Shown here one piece after another: positions 49,046-63,400 of a DNA stretch of 64,000 bases (within the stretch, counting starts at the first letter, position 1; the number at the start of each line of letters is the position of its first letter). The notes under the pieces were generated by a model that was not told the DNA's origin, did not search any database, and worked only from the letters and a program-made list of their open reading frames with translations. The stretch is taken from contig OZ024758.1 of assembly GCA_964016885.1 (NCBI GenBank), positions 38,006,001 to 38,070,000 on the forward strand, written 5' to 3'. Origin of the DNA: Eledone cirrhosa (lineage: Eukaryota). Position numbers and translations under genes: made by a program.

Positions 49046-52000
49046 GGTGAGAATTCATTTAAGTCATGGTATTAGCTGTCAGAAGTAACTCCAATGTTGG
49101 TGAGAATTCGTTTAAGTCATGGTACTAGCTGTCAGAAGTCACTCCACTGTTGGTGAGAATTCATTTAAGTTCATGGTACTAGCTGTCAGAAGTAACCCCA
49201 ATGTTGGTGAGAATTCATTTAAGTTCATGGTATTAGCTGTCAGAAGTCACTCCAATGTTGGTGAGAATTCATTTAAGTTCATGGTATTAGCTGTCAGAAG
49301 TAACTCCACTGTTGGTAAGAATTCATTTAAGTTCATGGTATTAGCTGTCAGAAGTAACTCCACTGTTGGTGAGAATTCATTTAAGTTCATGGTATTAGCT
49401 GTCAGAAGTAACTCCACTGTTGGTGAGAATTCATTTAAGTTAATGGTACTAGCTGTCAGAAGTAACTCCAATGTTGGTGAGAATTCATTTAAGTTCATGG
49501 TATTAGCTGTCAGAAGTAACTCCACTGTTGGTGAGTATTCATTTAAGTCATGGTATTAGCTGCCAGAAGTAACTCCACTGTTGGTGAGAATTCATTTAAG
49601 TCATGGTATTAGCTGTCAGAAGTAACTCCTCTGTTGGTGAGAATTCATTTAAGTTCATGGTATTAGCTGTCAGAAGGAACTCCACTGTTGGTGAGAATTC
49701 ATTTAAGTTCATGGTACTAGCTGTCAGAAGTAACTCCAATGTTGGTGAGAATTCATTTAAGTTCATGGTATTAGCTGTCAGAAGTAACTCCACTGTTGGT
49801 GAGTATTCATTTAAGTCATGGTATTAGCTGTCAGAAGTAACTCCACTGTTGGTGAGAATTCATTTAAGTTCATGGTATTAGCTGTCAGAAGTAACTCCAC
49901 TGTTGGTGAGAATTCATTTAAGTTCATGGTATTAGCTGTCAGAAGTAACTCCACTGTTGGTGAGAATTCATTTACGTTCATGGTATTAGTTTGTCAGAAG
50001 TAACTCTACTGTTGGTGAGAATTCATTTAAGTCATGGTATTAGTTGTCAGAAGTAACTCCAATGTTGGTGAGAATTCATTTAAGTTCATGGTATTAGCTG
50101 TCAGAAGTAACTCCACTGTTGGTGAGAATTCATTTAAGTTCATGGTATTAGCTGTCAGAAGGAACGCCACTGTTGGTGAGAATTCATTTAAGTTCATGGT
50201 ATTAGCTGTCAGAAGTAACTCCACTGTTGGTGAGAATTCATTTAAGTTAATGGTACTAGCTGTCAGAAGTAACTCCAATGTTGGTGAGAATTCATTTAAG
50301 TTCATGGTATTAGCTGTCAGAAGTAACTCCACTGTTGGTGAGTATTCATTTAAGTCATGGTATTAGCTGCCAGAAGTAACTCCACTGTTGGTGAGAATTC
50401 ATTTAAGTTCATGGTATTAGCTGTCAGAAGTAACTCCACTGTTGGTGAGAATTCATTTAAGTTCATGGTATTAGCTGTCAGAAGTAACTCCACAGTTGGT
50501 GAGAATTCATTTAAGTTCATGGTATTAGTTGGTCAGAAGTAACTCCACTGTTGGTGAGAATTCATTTAAGTCATGGTATTAGTTGTCAGAAGGAACTCCA
50601 ATGTTGGTGAGAATTCATTTAAGTCATGGTACTAGCTGTCAGAAGTAACTCCACTGTTGGTGAGAATTCATTTAAGTTCATGGTATTAGCTGTCAGAAGT
50701 AACTCCACTGTTGGTGAGAATTCATTTAAGTTCATGGTATTAGCTGTCAGAAGTAACTCCACTGTTGGTGAGAATTCATTTAAGTTCATGGTATTAGCTG
50801 TCAGAAGTAACTCCACTGTTGGTGAGAATTCATTTACGTTCATGGTATTAGTTTGTCAGAAGTAACTCCACTGTTGGTGAGAATTCATTTAAGTCATGGT
50901 ATTAGTTGTCAGAAGTAACTCCAATGTTGGTGAGAATTCATTTAAGTTCATGGTAATAGCTGTCAGAAGTAACTCCACTGTTGGTGAGAATTCATTTAAG
51001 TCATGGTATTAGCTGTCAGAAGTAACTCCAATGTTGGTGAGAATTCATTTAAGTCATGGTACTAGCTGTCAGAAGTCACTCCACTGTTGGTGAGAATTCA
51101 TTTAAGTTCATGGTACTAGCTGTCAGAAGTAACCCCAATGTTGGTGAGAATTCATTTAAGTTCATGGTATTAGCTGTCAGAAGTCACTCCAATGTTGGTG
51201 AGAATTCATTTAAGTTCATGGTATTAGCTGTCAGAAGTAACTCCACTGTTGGTAAGAATTCATTTAAGTTCATGGTATTAGCTGTCAGAAGTAACTCCAC
51301 TGTTGGTGAGAATTCATTTAAGTTCATGGTATTAGCTGTCAGAAGGAACGCCACTGTTGGTGAGAATTCATTTAAGTTCATGGTATTAGCTGTCAGAAGT
51401 AACTCCACTGTTGGTGAGAATTCATTTAAGTTAATGGTACTAGCTGTCAGAAGTAACTCCAATGTTGGTGAGAATTCATTTAAGTTCATGGTATTAGCTG
51501 TCAGAAGTAACTCCACTGTTGGTGAGTATTCATTTAAGTCATGGTATTAGCTGCCAGAAGTAACTCCACTGTTGGTGAGAATTCATTTAAGTTCATGGTA
51601 TTAGCTGTCAGAAGTAACTCCACTGTTGGTGAGAATTCATTTAAGTTCATGGTATTAGCTGTCAGAAGTAACTCCACAGTTGGTGAGAATTCATTTAAGT
51701 TCATGGTATTAGTTGGTCAGAAGTAACTCCACTGTTGGTGAGAATTCATTTAAGTCATGGTATTAGTTGTCAGAAGGAACTCCAATGTTGGTGAGAATTC
51801 ATTTAAGTCATGGTACTAGCTGTCAGAAGGAACGCCACTGTTGGTGAGAATTCATTTAAGTTCATGGTACTAGCTGTCAGAAGTAACTCCAATGTTGGTG
51901 AGAATTCATTTAAGTCCATGGTATTAGCTGTCAGAAGGAACTCCACTGTTGGTGAGAATTCATTTAAGTTCATGGTATTAGCTGTCAGAAGTAACTCCAC

Positions 52001-53960
52001 TGTTGGTGAGAATTCATTTAAGTCATGGTATTAGCTGTCAGAAGTAACTCCATTGTTGGTGAGAATTCATTGAAGTCATGGTACTAGCTGTCAGAAGTAA
52101 CTCCAATGTTGGTGAGAATTCATTTAAGTCATGGTACTAGCTGTCAGAAGTAACTCCAATGTTGGTGAGAATTCATTTAAGTTCATGTTATTAGCTGTCA
52201 GAAGGAACTCCACTGTTGGTGAGAATTCATTTAAGTTCATGGTATTAGTTGGTCAGAAGTAACTCCACTGTTGGTGAGAATTCATTTAAGTCATGGTATT
52301 AGTTGTCAGAAGGAACTCCAATGTTGGTGAGAATTCATTTAAGTCATGGTACTAGCTGTCAGAAGTAACTCCACTGTTGGTGAGAATTCATTTAAGTTCA
52401 TGGTATTAGCTGTCAGAAGTAACTCCACTGTTGGTGAGAATTCATTTAAGTTCATGGTATTAGCTGTCAGAAGTAACTCCACTGTTGGTGAGAATTCATT
52501 TAAGTTCATGGTATTAGCTGTCAGAAGTAACTCCACTGTTGGTGAGAATTCATTTACGTTCATGGTATTAGTTTGTCAGAAGTAACTCCACTGTTGGTGA
52601 GAATTCATTTAAGTCATGGTATTAGTTGTCAGAAGTAACTCCAATGTTGGTGAGAATTCATTTAAGTTCATGGTAATAGCTGTCAGAAGTAACTCCACTG
52701 TTGGTGAGAATTCATTTAAGTCATGGTATTAGCTGTCAGAAGTAACTCCAATGTTGGTGAGAATTCATTTAAGTCATGGTACTAGCTGTCAGAAGTCACT
52801 CCAGTGTTGGTGAGAATTCATTTAAGTTCATGGTACTAGCTGTCAGAAGTAACCCCAATGTTGGTGAGAATTCATTTAAGTTCATGGTATTAGCTGTCAG
52901 AAGTCACTCCAATGTTGGTGAGAATTCATTTAAGTTCATGGTATTAGCTGTCAGAAGTAACTCCACTGTTGGTAAGAATTCATTTAAGTTCATGGTATTA
53001 GCTGTCAGAAGTAACTCCACTGTTGGTGAGAATTCATTTAAGTTCATGGTATTAGCTGTCAGAAGGAACGCCACTGTTGGTGAGAATTCATTTAAGTTCA
53101 TGGTATTAGCTGTCAGAAGTAACTCCACTGTTGGTGAGAATTCATTTAAGTTAATGGTACTAGCTGTCAGAAGTAACTCCAATGTTGGTGAGAATTCATT
53201 TAAGTTCATGGTATTAGCTGTCAGAAGTAACTCCACTGTTGGTGAGTATTCATTTAAGTCATGGTATTAGCTGCCAGAAGTAACTCCACTGTTGGTGAGA
53301 ATTCATTTAAGTTCATGGTATTAGCTGTCAGAAGTAACTCCACTGTTGGTGAGAATTCATTTAAGTTCATGGTATTAGCTGTCAGAAGTAACTCCACAGT
53401 TGGTGAGAATTCATTTAAGTTCATGGTATTAGTTGGTCAGAAGTAACTCCACTGTTGGTGAGAATTCATTTAAGTCATGGTATTAGTTGTCAGAAGGAAC
53501 TCCAATGTTGGTGAGAATTCATTTAAGTCATGGTACTAGCTGTCAGAAGGAACGCCACTGTTGGTGAGAATTCATTTAAGTTCATGGTACTAGCTGTCAG
53601 AAGTAACTCCAATGTTGGTGAGAATTCATTTAAGTCCATGGTATTAGCTGTCAGAAGGAACTCCACTGTTGGTGAGAATTCATTTAAGTTCATGGTATTA
53701 GCTGTCAGAAGTAACTCCACTGTTGGTGAGAATTCATTTACGTCATGGTATTAGCTGTCAGAAGTAACTCCATTGTTGGTGAGAATTCATTGAAGTCATG
53801 GTACTAGCTGTCAGAAGTAACTCCAATGTTGGTGAGAATTCATTTAAGTCATGGTACTAGCTGTCAGAAGTAACTCCAATGTTGGTGAGAATTCATTTAA
53901 GTTCATGTTATTAGCTGTCAGAAGGAACTCCACTGTTGGTGAGAATTCATTTAAGTTCAT
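47800..53960. repeat. Chained duplications, offsets 1937 bp (36 monomers) then 1720 bp (32 monomers)
   Basis: Offset 1937: 47881/49818, 48097/50034, 48420/50357, 48689/50626, 49119/51056. Offset 1720: 50626/52346, 51056/52776, 51541/53261, 51810/53530, with markers AAGTCCATG 51912/53632 and CATTGAAG ~52068/~53788. Confidence 0.85.
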
Positions 53961-56900
53961 GGTATTAGCTGTCAGAAGTAACTCCACTGTTGGTGAGAAT
54001 TCATTTAAGTTCATGGTATTAGCTGTCAGAAGTAACTCCACCGTTGGTGAGAATTCATTTAAGTTCATGGTACTAGCTGTCAGAAGTAACTCCAATGTTG
54101 GTGAGAATTCATTTAAGTTCATGGTATTAGCTGTCAGAAGTAACTCCACTGTTGGTGAGAATTCATTTAAGTCATGGTATTAGCTGTCAGAAGTAACTCC
54201 ACTGTTGGTGAGAATTCATTTAAGTTCATGGTATTAGCTGTCAGAAGTAACTCCACTGTTGGTGAGAATTCATTTAAGTTCATGGTACTAGCTGTCAGAA
54301 GTAACTCCAATGTTGGTGAGAATTCATTTAAGTTCATGGTATTAGCTGTCAGAAGTAACTCCACTGTTGGTGAGAATTCATTTAAGTCATGGTATTAGCT
54401 GTCAGAAGTAACTCCACTGTTGGTGAGAATTCATTTAAGTTCATGGTATTAGCTGTCAGAAGTAACTCCACTGTTGGTGAGAATTCATTTAAGTTCATGG
54501 TATTAGCTGTCAGAAGTAACTCCACTGTTGGTGAGAATTCATTTAAGTTCATGGTATTAGCTGTCAGAAGTAACTCCACTGTTGGTGAGAATTCATTTAA
54601 GTTCATGGTATTAGCTGTCAGAAGTAACTCCACTGTTGGTGAGAATTCATTTACATTCATGGTATTAGTTTGTCAGAAGTAACTCCACTGTTGGTGAGAA
54701 TTCATTTAAGTCATGGTATTAGTTGTCAGAAGTAACTCCAATGTTGGTGAGAATTCATTTAAGTCATGGTATTAGTTGTCAGAAGGAACTCCACTGTTGG
54801 TGAGAATTCATTTAAGTCATGGTATTAGCTGTCAGAAGTAACTCCACTGTTGGTGAGAATTCATTTAAGTTCATGGTATTAGCTGTCAGAAGTAACTCCA
54901 CTGTTGGTGAGAATTCATTTAAGTTCATGGTACTAGCTGTCAGAAGTAACTCCAATGTTGGTGAGAATTCATTTAAGTTCATGGTAATAGCTGTCAGAAG
55001 TAACTCCAATGTTGGTGAGAATTCATTTAAGTTCATGGTATTAGCTGTCAGAAGTAACTCCACTGTTGGTGAGAATTCATTTAAGTCATGGTATTAGCTG
55101 TCAGAAGTAACTCCACTGTTGGTGAGAATTCATTTAAGTTCATGGTATTAGCTGTCAGAAGTAACTCCACTGTTGGTGAGAATTCATTTAAGTTCATGGT
55201 ATTAGCTGTCAGAAGTAACTCCACTGTTGGTGAGAATTCATTTAAGTTCATGGTATTAGTTGTCAGAAGTAACTCCAATGTTGGTGAGAATTCATTTAAG
55301 TCATGGTATTAGTTGTCAGAAGGAACTCCAATGTTGGTGAGAATTCATTTAAGTCATGGTACTAGCTGTCAGAAGTAACTCCACTGTTGGTGAGAATTCA
55401 TTTAAGTTCATGGTATTAGCTGTCAGAAGTAACTCCACTGTTGGTGAGAATTCATTTAAGTTCATGGTATTAGCTGTCAGAAGTAACTCCACTGTTGGTG
55501 AGAATTCATTTAAGTTCATGGTATTAGCTGTCAGAAGTAACTCCACTGTTGGTGAGAATTCATTTACGTTCATGGTATTAGTTTGTCAGAAGTAACTCCA
55601 CTGTTGGTGAGAATTCATTTAAGTCATGGTATTAGTTGTCAGAAGTAACTCCAATGTTGGTGAGAATTCATTTAAGTTCATGGTAATAGCTGTCAGAAGT
55701 AACTCCACTGTTGGTGAGAATTCATTTAAGTCATGGTATTAGCTGTCAGAAGTAACTCCAATGTTGGTGAGAATTCATTTAAGTCATGGTACTAGCTGTC
55801 AGAAGTCACTCCACTGTTGGTGAGAATTCATTTAAGTTCATGGTACTAGCTGTCAGAAGTAACCCCAATGTTGGTGAGAATTCATTTAAGTTCATGGTAT
55901 TAGCTGTCAGAAGTCACTCCAATGTTGGTGAGAATTCATTTAAGTTCATGGTATTAGCTGTCAGAAGTAACTCCACTGTTGGTAAGAATTCATTTAAGTT
56001 CATGGTATTAGCTGTCAGAAGTAACTCCACTGTTGGTGAGAATTCATTTAAGTTCATGGTATTAGCTGTGAGAAGGAACGCCACTGTTGGTGAGAATTCA
56101 TTTAAGTTCATGGTATTAGCTGTCAGAAGTAACTCCACTGTTGGTGAGAATTCATTTAAGTTAATGGTACTAGCTGTCAGAAGTAACTCCAATGTTGGTG
56201 AGAATTCATTTAAGTTCATGGTATTAGCTGTCAGAAGTAACTCCACTGTTGGTGAGTATTCATTTAAGTCATGGTATTAGCTGCCAGAAGTAACTCCACT
56301 GTTGGTGAGAATTCATTTAAGTTCATGGTATTAGCTGTCAGAAGTAACTCCACTGTTGGTGAGAATTCATTGAAGTTCATGGTATTAGCTGTCAGAAGTA
56401 ACTCCACAGTTGGTGAGAATTCATTTAAGTTCATGGTATTAGTTGGTCAGAAGTAACTCCACTGTTGGTGAGAATTCATTTAAGTCATGGTATTAGTTGT
56501 CAGAAGGAACTCCAATGTTGGTGAGAATTCATTTAAGTCATGGTACTAGCTGTCAGAAGTAACTCCACTGTTGGTGAGAATTCATTTAAGTTCATGGTAT
56601 TAGCTGTCAGAAGGAACGCCACTGTTGATGAGAATTCATTTAAGTTCATGGTATTAGCTGTCAGAAGTAACTCCACTGTTGGTGAGAATTCATTTAAGTT
56701 CATGGTACTAGCTGTCAGAAGTAACTCCAATGTTGGTGAGAATTCATTTAAGTTCATGGTATTAGCTGTCAGAAGGAACTCCACTGTTGGTGAGAATTCA
56801 TTTAAGTTCATGGTATTAGCTGTCAGAAGTAACTCCACTGTTGGTGAGAATTCATTTAAGTCATGGTATTAGCTGACAGAATTAACTCCATTGTTGGTGA

Positions 56901-57499
56901 GAATTCATTTAAGTCATGGTACTAGCTGTCAGAAGTAACTCCAATGTTGGTGAGAATTCATTTAAGTCATGGTACTAGCTGTCAGAAGTAACTCCAATGT
57001 TGGTGAGAATTCATTTAAGTTCATGTTATTAGCTGTCAGAAGGAACTCCACTGTTGGTGAGAATTCATTTAAGTTCATGGTATTAGCTGTCAGAAGTAAC
57101 TCCACTGTTGGTGAGAATTCATTTAAGTTCATGGTATTAGCTGTCAGAAGTAACTCCACCGTTGGTGAGAATTCATTTAAGTTCATGGTACTAGCTGTCA
57201 GAAGTAACTCCAATGTTGGTGAGAATTCATTTAAGTTCATGGTATTAGCTGTCAGAAGTAACTCCACTGTTGGTGAGAATTCATTTAAGTCATGGTATTA
57301 GCTGTCAGAAGTAACTCCACTGTTGGTGAGAATTCATTTAAGTTCATGGTATTAGCTGTCAGAAGTAACTCCACTGTTGGTGAGAATTCATTTAAGTTCA
57401 TGGTACTAGCTGTCAGAAGTAACTCCAATGTTGGTGAGAATTCATTTAAGTTCATGGTATTAGCTGTCAGAAGTAACTCCACTGTTGGTGAGAATTCAT

Positions 57500-60400
57500 T
57501 TAAGTCATGGTATTAGCTGTCAGAAGTAACTCCACTGTTGGTGAGAATTCATTTAAGTCATGGTATTAGCTGTCAGAAGTAACTCCAATGTTGGTGAGAA
57601 TTCATTTAAGTCATGGTACTAGCTGTCAGAAGTCACTCCACTGTTGGTGAGAATTCATTTAAGTTCATGGTACTAGCTGTCAGAAGTAACCCCAATGTTG
57701 GTGAGAATTCATTTAAGTTCATGATATTAGCTGTCAGAAGTCACTCCAATGTTGGTGAGAATTCATTTAAGTTCATGGTATTAGCTGTCAGAAGTAACTC
57801 CACTGTTGGTAAGAATTCATTTAAGTTCATGGTATTAGCTGTCAGAAGTAACTCCACTGTTGGTGAGAATTCATTTAAGTTCATGGTATTAGCTGTCAGA
57901 AGTAACTCCACTGTTGGTGAGAATTCATTTAAGTTCATGGTACTAGCTGTCAGAAGTAACTCCAATGTTGGTGAGAATTCATTTAAGTTCATGGTATTAG
58001 CTGTCAGAAGGAACTCCACTGTTGCTGAGAATTCATTTAAGTTCATGGTATTAGCTGTCAGAAGTAACTCCACTGTTGGTGAGAATTCATTTAAGTTCAT
58101 GGTATTAGCTGTCAGAAGTAACTCCACTGTTGGTAAGAATTCATTTAAGTTCATGGTATTAGCTGTCAGAAGGAACGCCACTGTTGGTGAGAATTCATTT
58201 AAGCTCATGGTATTAGCTGTCAGAAGTAACTCCACTGTTGGTGAGAATTCATTTAAGTTCATGGTACTAGCTGTCAGAAGTAACTCCAATGTTGGTGAGA
58301 ATTCATTTAAGTTCATGGTATTAGCTGTCAGAAGGAACTCCACTGTTGCTGAGAATTCATTTAAGTTCATGGTATTAGCTGTCAGAAGTAACTCCACTGT
58401 TGGTGAGAATTCATTTAAGTTCATGGTACTAGCTGTCAGAAGTAACTCCACTGTTGGTGAGAATTCATTTAAGTTCATGGTATTAGCTGTCAGAAGTCAC
58501 TCCAGTGTTGGTGAGAATTCATTTAAGTTCATGGTATTAGCTGTCAGAAGTCACTCCACTGTTGGTGAGAATTCATTTAAGTTCATGGTACTAGCTGTCA
58601 GAAGTAACCCCAATGTTGGTGAGAATTCATTTAAGTTCATGGTATTAGCTGTCAGAAGTAACTCCACTGTTGGTGAGAATTCATTTAAGTCATGGTATTA
58701 GCTGTCAGAAGTAACTCCACTGTTGGTGAGAATTCATTTAAGTTCATGGTATTAGCTGTCAGAAGGAACTCCACTGTTGGTGAGAATTCATTTAAGTTCA
58801 TGGTACTAGCTGTCAGAAGTAACTCCAATGTTGGTGAGAATTCATTTAAGTTCATGGTATTAGCTGTCAGAAGTAACTCCACTGTTGGTGAGTATTCATT
58901 TAAGTCATGGTATTAGCTGTCAGAAGTAACTCCACTGTTGGTGAGAATTCATTTAAGTTCATGGTATTAGCTGTTAGAAGTAACTCCACTGTTGGTGAGA
59001 ATTCATTTAAGTTCATGGTATTAGTTTGTCAGAAGTAACTCCACTGTTGGTGAGAATTCATTTAACTCATGGTATTAGTTGTCAGAAGGAACTCCAATGT
59101 TGGTGAGAATTCATTTAAGTCATGGTACTAGCTGTCAGAAGTAACTCCACTGTTGGTGAGAATTCATTTAAGTTCATGGTATTAGCTGTCAGAAGGAACG
59201 CCACTGTTGGTGAGAATTCATTTAAGTTCATGGTATTAGCTGTCAGAAGTAACTCCACTGTTGGTGAGAATTCATTTAAGTTCATGGTACTAGCTGTCAG
59301 AAGTAACTCCAATGTTGGTGAGAATTCATTTAAGTTCATGGTATTAGCTGTCAGAAGGAACTCCACTGTTGGTGAGAATTCATTTAAGTTCATGGTATTA
59401 GCTGTCAGAAGTAACTCCACTGTTGGTGAGAATTCATTTAAGTCATGGTATTAGCTGTCAGAAGTAACTCCATTGTTGGTGAGAATTCATTTAAGTCATG
59501 GTACTAGCTGTCAGAAGTAACTCCAATGTTGGTGAGAATTCATTTAAGTCATGGTACTAGCTGTCAGAAGTAACTCCAATGTTGGTGAGAATTCATTTAA
59601 GTTCATGTTATTAGCTGTCAGAAGGAACTCCACTGTTGGTGAGAATTCATTTAAGTTCATGGTATTAGCTGTCAGAAGTAACTCTACTGTTGGTGAGAAT
59701 TCATTTAAGTTCATGGTATTAGCTGTCAGAAGTAACTCCACCGTTGGTGAGAATTCATTTAAGTTCATGGTACTAGCTGTCACAAGTAACTCCAATGTTG
59801 GTGAGAATTCATTTAAGTTCATGTTATTAGCTGTCAGAAGGAACTCCACTGTTGGTGAGAATTCATTTAAGTTCATGGTATTAGCTGTCAGAAGGAACTC
59901 CACTGTTGCTGAGAATTCATTTAAGTTCATGGTATTAGCTGTCAGAAGTAACTCCACTGTTGGTGAGAATTCATTTAAGTTCATGGTACTAGCTGTCAGA
60001 AGTAACTCCACTGTTGGTGAGAATTCATTTAACTTCATGGTATTAGCTGTCAGAAGTCACTCCAGTGTTGGTGAGAATTCATTTAAGTTCATGGTATTAG
60101 CTGTCAGAAGTCACTCCACTGTTGGTGAGAATTCATTTAAGTTCATGGTACTAGCTGTCAGAAGTAACCCCAATGTTGGTGAGAATTCATTTAAGTTCAT
60201 GGTATTAGCTGTCAGAAGTAACTCCACTGTTGGTGAGAATTCATTTAAGTCATGGTATTAGCTGTCAGAAGTAACTCCACTGTTGGTGAGAATTCATTTA
60301 AGTTCATGGTATTAGCTGTCAGAAGGAACTCCACTGTTGGTGAGAATTCATTTAAGTTCATGGTACTAGCTGTCAGAAGTAACTCCAATGTTGGTGAGAA

Positions 60401-63400
60401 TTCATTTAAGTTCATGGTATTAGCTGTCAGAAGTAACTCCACTGTTGGTGAGTATTCATTTAAGTCATGGTATTAGCTGTCAGAAGTAACTCCACTGTTG
60501 GTGAGAATTCATTTAAGTTCATGGTATTAGCTGTCAGAAGTAACTCCACTGTTGGTGAGAATTCATTTAAGTTCATGGTATTAGTTTGTCAGAAGTAACT
60601 CCACTGTTGGTGAGAATTCATTTAAGTCATGGTATTAGTTGTCAGAAGGAACTCCAATGTTGGTGAGAATTCATTTAAGTCATGGTACTAGCTGTCAGAA
60701 GTAACTCCAATGTTGGTGAGAATTCATTTAAGTCATGGTACTAGCTGTCAGAAGTAACTCCAATGTTGGTGAGAATTCATTTAAGTTCATGTTATTAGCT
60801 GTCAGAAGGAACTCCACTGTTGGTGAGAATTCATTTAAGTTCATGGTATTAGCTGTCAGAAGGAACTCCACTGTTGCTGAGAATTCATTTAAGTTCATGG
60901 TATTAGCTGTCAGAAGTAACTCCACTGTTGGTGAGAATTCATTTAAGTTCATGGTACTAGCTGTCAGAAGTAACTCCACTGTTGGTGAGAATTCATTTAA
61001 CTTCATGGTATTAGCTGTCAGAAGTCACTCCAGTGTTGGTGAGAATTCATTTAAGTTCATGGTATTAGCTGTCAGAAGTCACTCCACTGTTGGTGAGAAT
61101 TCATTTAAGTTCATGGTACTAGCTGTCAGAAGTAACCCCAATGTTGGTGAGAATTCATTTAAGTTCATGGTATTAGCTGTCAGAAGTAACTCCACTGTTG
61201 GTGAGAATTCATTTAAGTCATGGTATTAGCTGTCAGAAGTAACTCCACTGTTGGTGAGAATTCATTTAAGTTCATGGTATTAGCTGTCAGAAGGAACTCC
61301 ACTGTTGGTGAGAATTCATTTAAGTTCATGGTACTAGCTGTCAGAAGTAACTCCAATGTTGGTGAGAATTCATTTAAGTTCATGGTATTAGCTGTCAGAA
61401 GTAACTCCACTGTTGGTGAGTATTCATTTAAGTCATGGTATTAGCTGTCAGAAGTAACTCCACTGTTGGTGAGAATTCATTTAAGTTCATGGTATTAGCT
61501 GTCAGAAGTAACTCCACTGTTGGTGAGAATTCATTTAAGTTCATGGTATTAGTTTGTCAGAAGTAACTCCACTGTTGGTGAGAATTCATTTAAGTCATGG
61601 TATTAGTTGTCAGAAGGAACTCCAATGTTGGTGAGAATTCATTTAAGTCATGGTACTAGCTGTCAGAAGTAACTCCACTGTTGGTGAGAATTCATTTAAG
61701 TTCATGGTATTAGCTGTCAGAAGGAACGCCACTGTTGGTGAGAATTCATTTAAGTTCATGGTATTAGCTGTCAGAAGTAACTCTACTGTTGGTGAGAATT
61801 CATTTAAGTTCATGGTACTAGCTGTCAGAAGTAACTCCAATGTTGGTGAGAATTCATTTAAGTTCATGGTATTAGCTGTCAGAAGGAACTCCACTGTTGG
61901 TGAGAATTCATTTAAGTTCATGGTATTAGCTGTCAGAAGTAACTCCACTGTTGGTGAGAATTCATTTAAGTCATGGTATTAGCTGTCAGAAGTAACTCCA
62001 TTGTTGGTGAGAATTCATTTAAGTCATGGTACTAGCTGTCAGAAGTAACTCCAATGTTGGTGAGAATTCATTTAAGTCATGGTACTAGCTGTCAGAAGTA
62101 ACTCCAATGTTGGTGAGAATTCATTTAAGTTCATGTTATTAGCTGTCAGAAGGAACTCCACTGTTGGTGAGAATTCATTTAAGTTCATGGTATTAGCTGT
62201 CAGAAGTAACTCTACTGTTGGTGAGAATTCATTTAAGTTCATGGTATTAGCTGTCAGAAGTAACTCCACCGTTGGTGAGAATTCATTTAAGTTCATGGTA
62301 CTAGCTGTCAGAAGTAACTCCAATGTTGGTGAGAATTCATTTAAGTTCATGGTATTAGCTGTCAGAAGTAACTCCACTGTTGGTGAGAATTCATTTAAGT
62401 CATGGTATTAGCTGTCAGAAGTAACTCCATTGTTGGTGAGAATTCATTTAAGTCATGGTACTAGCTGTCAGAAGTAACTCCAATGTTGGTGAGAATTCAT
62501 TTAAGTCATGGTACTAGCTGTCAGAAGTAACTCCAATGTTGGTGAGAATTCATTTAAGTTCATGTTATTAGCTGTCAGAAGGAACTCCACTGTTGGTGAG
62601 AATTCATTTAAGTTCATGGTATTAGCTGTCAGAAGTAACTCCACTGTTGGTGAGAATTCATTTAAGTTCATGGTATTAGCTGTCAGAAGTAACTCCACCG
62701 TTGGTGAGAATTCATTTAAGTTCATGGTACTAGCTGTCAGAAGTAACCCCAATGTTGGTGAGAATTCATTTAAGTTCATGGTATTAGCTGTCAGAAGTCA
62801 CTCCAATGTTGGTGAGAATTCGTTTAAGTTCATGGTATTAGCTGTCAGAAGTAACTCCAATGTTGGTGAGAATTCATTTAAGTTCATGGTATTAGCTGTC
62901 AGAAGGAACTCCACTGTTGCTGAGAATTCATTTAAGTTCATGGTATTAGCTGTCAGAAGTAACTCCACTGTTGGTGAGAATTCATTTAAGTTCATGGTAC
63001 TAGCTGTCAGAAGTAACTCCACTGTTGGTGAGAATTCATTTAAGTTCATGGTATTAGCTGTCAGAAGTCACTCCAGTGTTGGTGAGAATTCATTTAAGTT
63101 CATGGTATTAGCTGTCAGAAGTCACTCCACTGTTGGTGAGAATTCATTTAAGTTCATGGTACTAGCTGTCAGAAGTAACCCCAATGTTGGTGAGAATTCA
63201 TTTAAGTTCATGGTATTAGCTGTCAGAAGTAACTCCACTGTTGGTGAGAATTCATTTAAGTCATGGTATTAGCTGTCAGAAGTAACTCCACTGTTGGTGA
63301 GAATTCATTTAAGTTCATGGTATTAGCTGTCAGAAGGAACTCCACTGTTGGTGAGAATTCATTTAAGTTCATGGTACTAGCTGTCAGAAGTAACTCCAAT

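Larger units (their letters stand above)
28400..57500. repeat. Satellite variant domain B
   Basis: Carries AGTTGGTCAG (first ~29555, last ~56442), CCACAGTT, GCTGCCAG, AAGTTAATG, GGTAATAG, TTTAATTTC, TTTAGGTC and frequent GAGTATTC. 53-bp units are denser, usually every 3-6 units. Boundaries are approximate. Confidence 0.75.
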
